Assembly: GCA_950097015.1 (NCBI GenBank)
Contig: CATNEN010000038.1
Location: forward strand, 13,082,001-13,146,000
DNA length: 64,000 bases
Origin: Macrostomum hystrix
Taxonomy: Eukaryota; Animalia; Platyhelminthes
Direction of reading: 5' to 3'
Shown here piece after piece: positions 22,401 through 34,605 of this stretch. The translations under genes and the position numbers were made by a program. Below the pieces are notes generated by a model, which was not told the DNA's origin, searched no databases, and worked only from the letters and a program-made list of their open reading frames with translations. How positions within the stretch are numbered: position 1 is the first letter of the stretch; each line of letters begins with the position of its first letter.

Positions 22401-25400
22401 TGCCATAAATACTACAGCTCAGTCACAATACTGACAGCAATGGGGTCCGATCAGAACTTGGTAGACTTCCTCTATTGTAGGATATACAGAAAAGAAGATT
22501 CCAGTTCTGGTCATCCCTATCTCATCGCCCAGACTCCATTATATCTAAGCTTATACAGGTGTTGTACTTCAAAACTGTTCTCTGAGCTCAAAGACAAATT
22601 TAGTTAAAATTCGCAGGGAAAACTTCTAATGTGATTTCCTAGGACACTGAAAACAGAGGGTGTGAAATTTTGCAAAGCTGAGCCATTTCTACTACAGTTT
22701 CAAGAGAGATTTCTACCGTCAAAAATATCTATCAAATGTTTCAAACCCGGAACAGACGCATACTGTCAAATTTTCGTTTAGGCAAGCGAAACGATGCGTT
22801 CTGTTCGCCCAAAAATCCCTTATGAAAGCAGCATTTGCCCGAAGTGCAAAGTCGGGGTTGAAAATGAAGTACATTTTCTTTTCCGGTGCAACTGGGATCC
22901 TTATAAGGCAGTCAGGGAAAATTTCGTTGAGGACTTCTGAATAGTAAAGAACTCTCTTAGTCTCAGAGAAGAAGACAAAAGCCCTTTTAATGGTGCAAAA
23001 ATACAGAGGTAACAGGAACGCTAGCAAAGTACATAGAAAACTTAAGAGAGATTGGGAGACTGCAGCTGCCCTAGAAAGAGTAAAGAAACGTGTCTTCTAT
23101 AATAATATGCCTAACAAAATCACAATATGGCAATAATATGCGCACCAAGCTCGTTATTTCGCATTCTTTTTTTCCTACTATTTATGCACTACCAATATGA
23201 TTCATTTCAATCCATCCGATTTGAATTTCTTTTTTCAACCTTACTATTGTTACTATTGTTATATTCATATAATATTTAAATTAATCGAAGAACTATTCGC
23301 TAAATAATATTAAAAAAAGAATTGCAGGACTGCGGGCAATGGCACATCATTTAGTGACACTAGACCCGCAACCAGCGAGGAGGCAATTCTACCCATTTCG
23401 CTGACTCCTGAGCAGACACGCACACAGATCCTGTACGCAGGCATACGCTCACACAGGTGTTTACATCTGCCCTGACTTTCTCATCGTCAGGCAGTGTACA
23501 TTTCACTGTGCCTTGGAGGTTGGCCCACAAGGGCGTAAATTGCACGACAAGCCCTCAAACCTTCTCTCCGCGGCTGCGCCCCAAATAAATGTGGACTCGC
23601 CGTGGAATCGAACTAAGTGACCGTGTTGCGAGAGGCAAACGCGTTAACCGCTCTACCACCGACCCCACTATTCGCTAAATAAAAAAATCAGCACCTTTAA
23701 AGTGTGAGCAAAATAAACATAACGTAATAAAAACCATAGGCCTCAATCGACGACTTTTAATTGTTTCGGCATGCGTGACTTCAGTGAATTCCACTAGAGA
23801 GCACAAGGTGTCATGAAGGGCGGACAGCTTTTTGGACTCGGCTAATCCTAGAGCTAATCCTACGGATAAATTTATTTTATCTAGCAAAGCAAAGTAAAGC
23901 ATAAATAACACATATACTCAGCAACAGTCAAAAGTTCCACCCTCCAAGTGAGATGGAATTCGCGGGTTGAATTGTGAGCGAGAAGTTATCTCTGACTAGG
24001 CGCGATAGGGGTGGAACTTTTGACTGTTGCTGAGTGTATTGTGCTTTTAGGTCTCGTCAGTGTGAAGTAGTGAATGTATTGAATCTTCTCAAAGGTAGTT
24101 AAAAAACGTAACAGACCCAAAACATCACGAAAGTGATGACTGCTGACAGTTCACGCGTTTAAAGCATAAATGGCCAAGTTGGCCAAGGCCGCAAATCTAA
24201 TCAGACAAAACAGGGGAGGGAAGAAAGGTACACGAATTCCACATTTGTTCACCTGGTTCTCATCCAGGCGCGGGGCCACGCCGAACTGAGCCAGACTCTC
24301 GTGAGTTGGCGATAGACTTCCGCTGGAGTGATGCCTCAGCTTGGACTGCTCAGGCTGCTCGCTTCTGCAGTGAAAATTCGTAGGAAATAAAAAGAGAACA
24401 ATGACTACTTCGGCATAATCTAGCGACTTTTGCGAAGTTATGAAATTCGACTCTGGTGAATTTATGAGCGTGAATGGGAATAACGTGAAAAAATAAGTAA
24501 CTAAAAAGAAGGCTGGGTTGAGGCGGTAGTCAAAGCAACTTTACAGAAGATGGCCATCAGCCTTCACTCTTCAGAAGATGGTCATCAGCCTTCGCTCTTC
24601 AGAAGAAGGCTTTAAAACTTCATTAAATCAGTAACAGAGGGCAACAGTAAAACAGAAGAAGCCGAGGTTATGAGATAGATTTGGGAGCGGAAGACAAACT
24701 GATGGACAGAGACCAGCTAGTAAATAGAAATTGGCACGCAGAGAGAAAGGAAGAAAGGAAGGAAGAGAAAGAAAGATGAAAACGGAATAAATAATAAAAA
24801 ACGTCAAAGCGGTCAGCCTTATAAAATATTATGTGCTTTCATTTAAGCTTTGATACAAGTTTCATTCATGCTCTGATTTGAATACCTACCTGGCGCTAGC
24901 AGAAGCATCTCTATAGAATTTCACAATTGAAAAGGCATAGAATGGCGACTTCCTGTTAGTTATAAGGACACACCTGCGGGTCAGAGTTTTAAATGAGTGG
25001 ATTTAATCTGAATACAGCCAGCAGCTCAATTAATGCAACTTAAGATTTGCAGCTACCGGAACACGGACGAGGGGAACAAAACGCTGCTCGGGGCGACACC
25101 CAGCCGAATTCAAAATAACTCAAAATCTATGAGCATTAACAGCAGCATCAGCCGCAGTGGAGGATGGCCTTAAGCATTTTGAATCCAGTTGAACCTAGAA
25201 CTACTAAGTCGAAGTTCTTATTTCCGATTGCTCCCATAGACAGTTGCACAGAATTAACCCAAGTATATACCTCCATCATGTGTTAAGCACTACCTTTTAA
25301 CCGCGATGTAGCAGTGACACACAATTGGGCTATTTACAACACAATTACTAACAATTCAGTCATAGAAATGTACTTTTTGGCACCACTGTGAGGACCAACT

Positions 25401-28400
25401 ATGATGCAGGGCTAGCTGTTGCTAGAGTAAAACTATCAATTTTATTTTTTAATGAGCAATTTTAGCAGTGACAGAATCTTTTACAACATTGTCAGAGCTC
25501 TAACTAAAGGTACAGCATGAAAAGGCACGAACAGAGCACGATAATTCTCAGTCCTCAATTGGGCACTGTGGCACTGCTCAATACTGAATAATGCTAAACT
25601 CTAATGCGGCAGTACATTGCAACAGTGCGTGATACACTAAAGTGACAGCGTCTAATCTCCTGTCACAAGGCCTCTCTGAGACTGCCAATCCAAATTTTAG
25701 CGATATGGGCGACTCCCTGTGTTTTGTGTTTTGCTATGCAGCTAGGCAACTAAGCCACGCCACCGGACTAGAATGCAAAAGTTTGGAATTTACCTTTCGC
25801 TAAGGCGATCTTTTTTCGCAGCCGGTCCCGAGGGAGCACACCGATAGACGCCTTTGGGCGGCGAGATCGGGTACTCGGTGATGGAGTCATTAGATGTAGA
25901 CATAGAACTGGACTTGTGTCTCTGACGGCCGACTGCAATTACATTTTGATGGAGCTGATATGCTATACTGGTAAAAGCCTAGAAATTAATACGAAATTAA
26001 TTATATTTTTTATAACCATATACTATTGTTAAGTAATTACAAAACAATTACAAATCATGAAATTTAAAGTTAAAACAAAAAATGTTTGGAAATTTTGTAT
26101 ATGAAGTTTTGTGAAAAAGATTGTTCGAAAATTTAGCTCAAACAAACTATGATACCATAACCTACCAGAAGGAACTATGCATCACCATATAAGGCAACAC
26201 TTAACTCAAAAGAAAAACTGCACAAAAGGCGAGCACGAAGCTGACCCAATGCTGTAAAACCTCGGACAATTTCAAGGCCGAAAACGAAGCCAATTCGACC
26301 TGGAAGACTAAGGGAAAGGTAAACCGGCAGCCCATGTTCAGATAGCCACGCAAGTCAAATATAAGGAAATTTTGAATTCCACGAAGCAGCGTTTTAAGAA
26401 TTATATTCCCAGTGCCGAATGAAATAGAGAAACCGATGTGAACCATTCATCCAAAGATTATGAAAGCCACTCATACTTTACACAAATATCAATATCAGCG
26501 AACGACACTAAAGAAATTGCAGAGCTCAGATTATACAGCGAATGACTTTTTAGAACCAACTGATTAGGAAGAGCTTCCAGCTATAACTTCCGCTGTTTCC
26601 AGCCCAGTGAGCATCTACGCTGTTACTAGCCTAGTGAGCATCGACGCTGTTACCAGCCTATCAATGGCCCGTATGCAGAAAGCTCAGTCTATGGTAGTCC
26701 GGTCTAGAAAAACTAGTCCAGACTAGGGCCCGTATGCAGAAAGCTCAGTCTATGGTAGTCCGGTCTAGAAAAACTAGTCCAGACTAGGACTTGGTATGCA
26801 GAAACATGAAGCCAGTCGAGTCTACCATAGACAGAACTAGGGTAGCTCAGTCCTAGCTAGTCGCGTCTTATTTTTGGTATGCATAAAAGTTACAACTAGC
26901 TAGTCCGGTCTAGAAAAAAACCTAGACTACTCTGGAGCAGTCTAGGATACTGGCTTTTTCATTGCCCAAGACAGCCAAGATTTACAGAAATGAATATTTT
27001 ATTAGCTGTTGATTTAGTTCAACAAGACCTCCGTCGGCAGCGCATTTTTCGTGATCGGTTGGAACCACTTCAACAATTCTCAGAGGTTGAGATCAAAAGA
27101 CTGTTTCGGTTTGAACCGCGGTCACTAGTTGCATTGGTGGAACTAGTCGAGACAGATCTTGAAAGAGCAACCCAGCGAAACAAGAGTCTCACTCCCATGC
27201 TGCGACTGTGCTTGACACTGTCTTATCTTGGCACTGGCAGCTTTCAGCAGAACTTGTCTGCTCTTGGAGGTATTGACCAGAGCACGATGTCTCGCTGCTA
27301 CTGGAAAGTGGTAAGAGCAATTAATGTCCAATTGGATAATATCCACTATCCAGAGCCAGGTGTTGAGCGGACACGCGTTTCAACAGGGTTTCGCCAAATT
27401 TGTCAACTGCCTGATGTAATCGGTGCGATCGATTGCACGCACGTACGAATTCAAAGGCCACCCTCTTTCCCCGTGTGCCCCGTCTTTCCCCACCCATAGA
27501 AGGACCATAGACAACGTGGAATCCGTTGAGGATTTGGCGCTTAAGTTTGGCGCTCGGTCAAGCCCAGACTGGTCTAGCCTAGACTCATCATGGTAGTCGT
27601 GACTAGCTTTTATGCATACCGATTTCAAGACCATAGACCAAACTACCCAGTCCAGACTAGCTAGACTGGGCTAGGCTTTCTGCATACGGGCCAATGTGTA
27701 GACCTAAGCATTTCAGACAGACAGCACTCACGTTGCACAGCCCAGCACTCATTAGTAAGCTGAGACAGAAACTATGTAGTTCGGAAAATCTTATACGATT
27801 CGCTATTTAAAGTCCCAATAGTATACGAATGATAATTCTCAATTAATTCTTATAAATGCATTCATCTTAGTCACAAATAGAGTTCAGTAGCATTTAAAAA
27901 AATAATTTTAGCGGTAGCACGAACTGAGTGGTGGCAAATGATCGCACATTCAGTAGTTCTTCAGTAGAAATGAAACCATTAAAGTAGTGAAAGCATTTAG
28001 AAAATAATGGCAATAAGCAATGAACAGGTGTTATCATCGCCACCAGTAAAATACAGTAAAATACAGCGACGAACTGAATAATTTATTGGAACAGTTACCA
28101 GCTGGCAGCGCGCCGCTAATATGACTGGAATCTGGCAAAGGTGGACAGCAGGCGGACGCAGCAGATTGCGCAGTTAAAGGGATGTACAACGTGAAATCTA
28201 TCCAATTGATCAATAAAGCTTATGACCGGAATCGAAAAAATCATAAAGAACTCACAAAAGCTTTCGATGCCACGAAATGACCGCGTTCTGGTTCGCCTGC
28301 GAGTGCCATTTGACGAGCTGAAATTAGTTTTGAATTCAGCTAATGCTAAATTATCGGCTTAGGGTAAAGCAGCCTACACCGAGCTATCATCTCACGCGAA

Positions 28401-31084
28401 AGGTCCACAAACGATCTCAGCAAAATCGCCGCCAACGTCGGCGCCGACACCGCCACCTCGCTCCGACGTTGATGAAGAAGCCCCCCGGCGACTGCCTCCA
28501 CCAACATTGGACACTGTTAGCAGAAGGGAGGCTCCGACTCCAGCTCCGTCTGCAGCGCCAGACAGCGAGCTGTGAATGGACGAAGAAGTCGTGTTCGTAC
28601 GCGACCTTTCGACACCGCGCTGCCGGCTCCATCTCTTGGCGTCGGCGCAGGTACCTCCGACCGGGACACTAAGCTGAGTGCGGTACTCTGACTGGGTGCG
28701 ATAGCGTACTGCAACGCCGCAGTCGCCAACAGAGGTCGGCGAGAAGTACAAGTCGGGAACTTCCACAAAGAGTGGAGGCAGGGGCTGGTCAGCGGCTGAT
28801 TGACGCCTTTGTCTATGGTGCAGGAGCTGGTGACGCTCAGTGGTGCTGCTGCTCTTTGCTCCTACAAATGCATCCACGACCATACTGGGGGCGATGCCAG
28901 CCTTCTGAAGATTTCATTCGATGGGAGCGAAAACTTCAGCATTTGTTAAAATTGAGGTTGGGAGTGCAGAGAGACGCTTCAGCCAATCACAGCTCGACCC
29001 CTTACTTTCCAGCCAATCATTGTGCAGCGACTTTCTAGCCAATGTAACAGCGTGTCGCCATTTAAGAGGGAATCACTGTTCGAAAATTTACATGTCAGTA
29101 AAATCAGTGTGCCGCAACTTATTCACCAGCCTATCAGAGGAGCGCAACGTATTTTCCTAGGCTATGAGCTATTGAAGGATGCCGTCCCATAGTCAGTCTA
29201 TTAGAGCAACTGGGACCCCTTAATTCGTGAAGCTGCAGGAGCTTTTTTCTTGTCAGCCAGCGGTAACTTGGAATATATAGGGAAATAAGTAACTTGTTTT
29301 CCTGATGAGCTTTTTAGCCCTATTGTTATTAAAATCATCAAAGCGCGGATAAACATTAAGAAAACCAGAGTGAAAATTTAGAGCCACCCACGCAGACTTT
29401 TATCTACTATTCCATCAAAAGTGGGCTAAGTAATCTTAGTCACTTTCACATCATGTGGCTAGAGGTTGTCTCACTGTACTCAGGCAGTGTGAGAAGCCTA
29501 TAATCCTCGAAGCCTGATTTACGAGCACGATCCGCCTAATCTGTCAAGAAACTGGCTTGGAGAGAAATGAAAGCAGAAATTCAAAACCAAAATCCGGGAG
29601 CACTTAGGAATTAAGCTTGATTGAGCTAGTTGGATTTATGTAGGATGAACTGATGGGACTGCACAGAATGCGTGCGACTTCACTGACTGCGCTCCGGCAA
29701 ATACGCAGAATATTCAACCCTGGCCATTAGATAGGTAAAGAATAACCGAACGAATCCTACGAGCGTAGCGGAATGGGCGACCCCCGCCTCCCCGCTGTGT
29801 CCATCAGAGCGCCCTGCAGAAGATCCTACGAGCGTTAACCTTCGACACGGGATAATGAAACAAGAATAGAAGGTGGTTGTTGAGAATCTTATTTTACGGA
29901 ATACGAAATTGAGTGCAATCAAATGGCCTGACTGTGGTCAACTCGCCAAATGATGCACCAGTGTCCGATTCAAACGCGATTCGGGAAAACGCGATAATTT
30001 GAAGATATCGTGTTTGTTATCGGGTCTGGTTATCGGATAAGTAAACCCGATTCAGACCAAATTATCGCGTTAATGTCCGAATCAAACGCGATTCGGGAAA
30101 CGCAATAATCTGAAAATATCGTGTTTGCCATCGAGTCTGGTTATCAGATTGTCAAAATCGATTCATGCTATATTATCGGGTAAGAATCAGAATATTCACC
30201 CGATTCTTGCAAAACCGAAAAAACACAAGTTATCGGAATTTTATCCTGTCGCATTATCGTGTTTGCAAATATGATTCACGCATGATAATCGAGTGTAAAT
30301 CGGAAATTTCGCTCGAGAATTTTCAGGTTATCGGGTCTGTGTCTCACCCGATTCTCCGAGCCAACACGATAATCGCACTCGAATCGAACCCGATTTGCAA
30401 GTTATCGTGTGAAGTTATCGGGTGAATTTCCCATAGGGAACACCTTGCAATTAGCAGCCGAGAACATGAGACTCTATATAGATAGAAGCTGATCATAGGA
30501 TATCAGCTGACAGCTGGTGGTATTAAATTCGGATAATGAACAGTGAAGAATGCTGATGAAAGACCATAAAATAAAAAACGGTTTAATATATGTCATTTCA
30601 AACACTGACTGAATTGGGCTACCATTATCTTGAGATAACAAAGTGCAAAAAGGTTAGGTCATCATAATACCGTAGGCAAATTAATTACCGAGCCAGGTGC
30701 TTTACAGCAATCAGCCAAATTGCTGGCGGGCGATTCATCGTGGATATCATTTTGATCGTTTGAATCTGCAATGCCATGGCACTGTCCTGCGCCTGAATCG
30801 CAGCAAGCGCTAGTACTCTCGCTGTCCAGAGCAGCGGCCTTGACAGAACTTGCCTCGCCATAGACTCCGTCCAAAGATATACTAGCCAGAAAATTTAACG
30901 CCGCGGCTCGTTTGCGAGCTTTATTGCGCGCGGCGGCACGCAGCCGCTTTGAGGACAGGTGAGTCGCAGAGACTACAGCAGAAGCGTTGGTGATAAGGTG
31001 CTGCTGCTGTTGCTGCGCCAGACTAGGCCGGGGCGATCGTTCGCAGCTTGGAAGCTGAAACTTAAGTTCCGAAATTACTTGCAT
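16435..31084 (-). CDS. CABLES1: CDK5 and ABL1 enzyme substrate (CABLES) homolog; 12 coding exons 31084-30689, 28904-28396, 28317-28256, 28197-28099, 25932-25794, 24973-24890, 24364-24253, 21440-21299, 17898-17795, 17719-17579, 16831-16664, 16581-16435
   Basis: N-terminal [14 protein letters not shown]; [17 protein letters not shown]; FVSYGYLL; [16 protein letters not shown]; cyclin-like box [34 protein letters not shown]...AYVFFEKL...VLSAKLND. All GT-AG junctions are phase-compatible. The CABLES1/2 paralog number is not resolvable. Confidence 0.9.
17311..17557. repeat. 33-bp minisatellite x~7.5 in a CABLES intron
   Basis: Unit CTAGATGAAATCAGCAGCAGAGCACTCTCATAT. Confidence 0.95.
18874..19063. 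mobile_element. Internally deleted non-autonomous derivative of the transposon at 53996-55568
   Basis: 18907-19063 is near-identical to the terminal repeat region at 55412-55568; 18874-18892 (TTGCTTTTGTCGCGCTATG) is the opposite TIR tip. Confidence 0.9.
19066..20702 (-). mobile_element. IS630/Tc1-mariner DNA transposon with ~170-185-bp TIRs and TA TSD
   Basis: Inverted repeats 19066-19251 and 20538-20702; TA at 19064-19065 and 20703-20704; contains an intact transposase ORF. Confidence 0.92.
19335..20453 (-). CDS. IS630/Tc1-like transposase (372 aa, DD33E)
   Basis: N-terminal HTH region and PRGGRR linker; [29 protein letters not shown]. Confidence 0.92.
   Translation of the reverse strand: MAPSIPAADRQRLIDAVNNGSTILAAAQILKIKRASAFRIAAEFRLHGRVESLPRGGRREENFKADNEMRDFLTVTLEENPFLTLKEMSSRLAAQFPEKPQVSYKCVDRMLHGLQYTVKLAVKGTDVRVRTNSEANIEARHEYGAMFMLNLAQETRTVFLDETGFNLWTRRSQGRALKGRPIRRTVTTQRGSNVSVCMAIATEFGLLHSNVYCGGQTVARYEEFVDALCERCNQLDQGAQWVILMDGPNFHRAARVPQQLLNQISIRILPPYSPFLNPVELANSALKARIRQMLANSELVEEEAAPPADFTQEEWRFMLLERIAREAVGLVITAKNAARWELGCQRHFGRCLNRKASQSASPQSARLTSVMD
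20748..21195. repeat. ~32-bp minisatellite (TGGTCAGTCACCAATCCCTTCTCCAACC...) x~14
   Basis: Directly visible, with alternating unit variants. Confidence 0.95.
21908..21946 (+). mobile_element. Truncated tRNA-like (SINE head) fragment
   Basis: A-box-like GTGGCCTAGTGGTTAGAGCGTCGGACT; no B box follows. Confidence 0.45.
21960..23100 (+). mobile_element. Decayed 3' part of a non-LTR retrotransposon
   Basis: Broken frames with [20 protein letters not shown] and [19 protein letters not shown]. Confidence 0.75.
23308..23666 (-). mobile_element. tRNA-derived SINE, copy C
   Basis: Reverse complement of the copy A sequence; 16-bp TSD ACTATTCGCTAAATAA (23292-23307, 23667-23682). Confidence 0.92.
23915..24036. 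mobile_element. 122-bp Tc1/mariner-type MITE
   Basis: 28-bp TIR (C/T)ACTCAGCAACAGTCAAAAGTTCCACCC flanked by TA on both sides. Confidence 0.88.
24544..24606. repeat. 28-bp tandem duplication
   Basis: CAGAAGATGGCCATCAGCCTTCACTCTT x~2.3. Confidence 0.85.
26666..27692 (+). mobile_element. Internally deleted PIF/Harbinger transposon
   Basis: TIR GGCCCGTATGCAGAAAGC, 3-bp TSD AAT, CTAGAC-rich subterminal repeats; left 61 bp tandemly duplicated. Confidence 0.9.
26990..27499 (+). pseudogene. Truncated HARBI1-like Harbinger transposase
   Basis: [32 protein letters not shown] (first catalytic D); the rest of the DDE domain is absent. Confidence 0.88.
29767..29822 (+). mobile_element. 56-bp retrotransposed 3'-end fragment (extremely 5'-truncated LINE/SINE)
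   Basis: 13-bp TSD ATCCTACGAGCGT (29754-29766, 29823-29835); homologous to the LINE 3' UTR at 7745-7797. Confidence 0.85.
29963..30438. repeat. Foldback/MITE-like remnant with ~111-bp tandem unit and many TTATCG/CGATAA motifs
   Basis: Two ~111-bp units from 29963, inverted short motifs; ends in ...TTTCCCATAGGG with no matching left end found. Confidence 0.65.
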
Positions 31085-31210
31085 ACGCGCTACATATCGG
31101 TAGCTACTAAAATATTCTATTGATAACAAAGTATTTACTCGTAAGTATCAACGATAGCAATTTGCATTCAGTTCAATATTTTGTCATTCAATTCATGAAT
31201 AAGTCTTTGT

Positions 31211-31867
31211 CTTTCTCGTGGCCAGAAATTCTATGTCTATGGCAAAATCCAACACTTTTTGCATTCAATTCAATATTTTTTGCGTCCAATTCAAGAATTG
31301 TATATTTCAGAGCATTCTAAACGATTTTTTACTCCCAGTAAGGAAGGGAAAGTGGAAAGGATGGATAGGAATATCGGTGAACACCCCATCCCACGCAAAC
31401 CCAGACCCAACCAGACTCATGTACAAAGATGCACACCGAAAAAATGAGAAAAGTGTAAGTCAAAAGGTTAGCAAAACAAGCCGATAGGACATTCTAAAAA
31501 AGCAAAATTGTGGCTCAAATGGGTGCTCCAATTCCAATGGCCCACAAAAAGATCTCCAACGAGCGATACGAACTAGTCATTAGAGCGATTCCAAGAGAGG
31601 AACTCCAATCGGCGAGATTGCTGACACGTTGGGATCAAACTAAGGACTGCGTACAACATTCACCGACAGTTCGAAATACGTTTGTAACTTTTCCTGTTTA
31701 ACAGTTTTCTCCCTCTTCTCTGTGCTGTGCTTCACATTGGTTTAAGTAAAAAAATCATTTTTGCACGACCTGAAATCTGAAATTTTTAAGTGGACGCACA
31801 AAATCATTGAATTTAAAGCAAAAAGTGGAGAAATTTGCCATAGACAGAATTTCTGGCCACGAGAAAG
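31211..31867. mobile_element. Element with ~125-bp imperfect terminal inverted repeats (MITE/foldback)
   Basis: CTTTCTCGTGGCCAGAAATTCT...TTTTTTACT at 31211-31334 is mirrored at 31745-31867; no clear TSD. Confidence 0.75.
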
Positions 31868-32377
31868 GCTCAGACTACCACTCTTGAATTTAATGCAGAA
31901 GGCTATTTTATTAACCAAATTCAGTAACGCATGTATTCCGCAGACAGTAATAAACAATAATATGTATTATTACACTCATAATAGCCAAATAGCTGAAGTC
32001 CAATTTTACAAGCTTAAAAAATAAAAGCGCACAAAACAGCTTACGATTCCGAAATTCAAAAACCAAGCAAGATAAGACTGCACTATAAACAAACCTAAAT
32101 TAACTGAGAAACACAGAAAAGAGATACGTACAAAGAAAAGCAACAAGTACACATTGATAAAATTGTCGCGCTATATTATAATATTCAAGATTTTTCACAA
32201 TTCATAAATAACTTTACAAAAATGCTGCTTCCAAATTTTTTTATTTAAATCAATTTCAAATACACAAATCAAGTTTTTAAATGCACAATAACTAGGTCGC
32301 TATGCAGGGTGCTCGCATTGAAAAGCACTTATGCAGTATACGAAATGGTCAATATGCCTGTGCTGAGTAAACATGTG

Positions 32378-34605
32378 CTAATTACAATCAGTTACTGAGC
32401 TCAGTGATGGATCGTAATGCTTGGATGACATCCGCAGGTTCATCTTAGCGCTGTAGTGACTGGACCTTAAGTGGTGATGATCGTGACTGACGGCTACGCT
32501 GCTACTGGCTGCACTGGAATCCCAGTCCATAACAGGTAGTCGCTCGACGCATACTAACACACGGGAGGTGCGGTGAGTCATGGGTAGCTCCACAGAGGCC
32601 ACCAAACGGAAGCTGGGATGAACTGGCAGACTATCGGCGCCTTTGTACTCAGACTGAATTATCGGGAACCAGAAGACACACCTGCATCAGATTTAAAATG
32701 TGCAAAAACCTAAGAATTTAACTGTTGGCACGAGCCCAAATCTGTGTCGAGAAACTGTATAATTTAGTCCGATAAGCTCAATTTGTTCGCTTTTTTTGGT
32801 GGGCCAGCCAGCTGCTGATGCGCACAGCTCTGTGCAACTTGTGCGCTGTAATACACTTGTGCGCTCAATCACTAAGCACGAAGTTTGGTTTCGTCATAAT
32901 TTTTAGTGCAACTGAATTAAAAAAATGAGAGGCGATTAGGCAAGTTAAGAACCATTGATTTCTCGACTTTATCTGAGGATTGGCAAGCAAGGATTTGAAA
33001 TAGGAAATTCGCCTAGAAAATGCGAAAAAAAATTAGCCTACCTGCCACCGGGTACAAGCCTTAGCGCGCAGAAGCCTAGTAGATCCGTCAGACTGTCACT
33101 GAGAGAATAATGCTCTTTGGGTGGGAAATACTCCTTATCGAGCTTCTTCGGTCCGCCATCTGGATCACGTTTGACCTTTATACTGCGTTCCCGAATGCCG
33201 TAGGGCGGATCCGTGAGCACAGCGTCAAACAAGGCCACTCGACGCCACAGACCAGCGTGCTGAGAGGCGTCACCGACGAGGCAGTCAACAAAGCGATTGG
33301 AAATACCGTACTGGGCAAAGTTAGCAGAGAGCCGTTCCTCCTCTGTGCGCTTCTGGCGACGCATCTCAGCTTTAGTAGATTTTCCCAAGCCGAACACAAT
33401 GTTATAATCAACATCCTGGCCTAGACAGTATGCACCTAAATAGCCAGCCGAGACAAGGATGCTGCCAGAGCCAACGAACGGATCCACAACCAGATGCCCT
33501 GGCGATACCCTGGCCAGGTTGCACATAATAAACGCTAGTTGAACATTCATGGAAGTGTTACCAATAAAGACTCGGCGCGACAGAGATAAGCTGTGAAGAG
33601 CAGCTCGGGTCTGGCCGGAGCAGAGCTTTGGCGCCAGGTACACACGAACCGGTGTCTGCGGTTGAGGTTTCAGACGCGATTGATTATATCTATAGAAGTA
33701 TTGGAACGGGCTTAGTTCTACGCGTACATACGGCTACGGCATAAAAGCCCTCGTTTTGGCTTAAACTTTTTTTACGACATAATTGTAGGCAGGCATTGTT
33801 TGTGATTCCTGTCACATTTATTAGGCTGACGCGTGACTGAAAGCGAATAAATAAATAATAAACTAACCTTGTCAGTTACACCGCCAGCCGTAAGGTCATA
33901 CCGCCAGTGCTCCAGATAATAAAGCTCGAACTCTGGCCGTTTGAGGTCCACTCGACCTGGCATGTCAAAGCCGGCATCGCCAAACTGATCCACAATGGCT
34001 ACCTTTTCTTCCATGGTCACTGAAACATTCACTAGTTCAATGCACATGCGCCACCGAGTCCAGGCACCGTTAGAGAAATCTGCCGCAGCCTCCGCTAGCT
34101 GCAGTGCCAACGCGCCAGAGGAAACACAGCCCAGCATGTTGGCTAAACTGTCGGCAGATTGCCACACTCGCAGCAAAGATTTTACTAAGGCGCTACGCTT
34201 AACAACGTGACGCAGTTTATTCTCGTCGCTACACAAAATGCTGACGACAGAACGGGTGCGCCACCAGGCCGAGCAGAGGTTAAGCTGATCTTCTAGAGCG
34301 TCGCGTCGCTCGCTCATTGATGTCGCCGCCACCGCAGCCACACCGTTCCAATCGTGAACTCCAATATTAGCAGATGTCTCGAAGAGTTTGTCCGACCAAA
34401 TCGGCTTCGAAATCGACGCCCCCGACTTGGCTGATGCAGTTTCTCGATCCAGCCCGGTAAATACGGTGGCGAACTTACAGTTAAACATACCAGCCAGCGA
34501 GACAAATTCAGCGAAGCGAAACTGGGCGTACTCACACGAAGCAAATAGTAGGATATATTCCCTGTTGTGCGAGTCAGTAGACTCCGACGTGTCGGACGTG
34601 GCCAT
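32378..34605 (-). CDS. TRMT11: tRNA (guanine(10)-N2)-methyltransferase TRM11; exons 34605-33868, 33655-33042, 32681-32378
   Basis: FRFAEF, GRVDLKRPE, FIGNTSMN, SAM motif VDPFVGSGS, TDPPYGIRE, LVPGGRCVFWFP. Confidence 0.93.

Noticed and set aside
24045-24070. Minus-strand CTGACGAGACCTAAAAG resembling half a hammerhead
   Set aside because: No GGTC-GAAA completion, even after removing the adjacent MITE.
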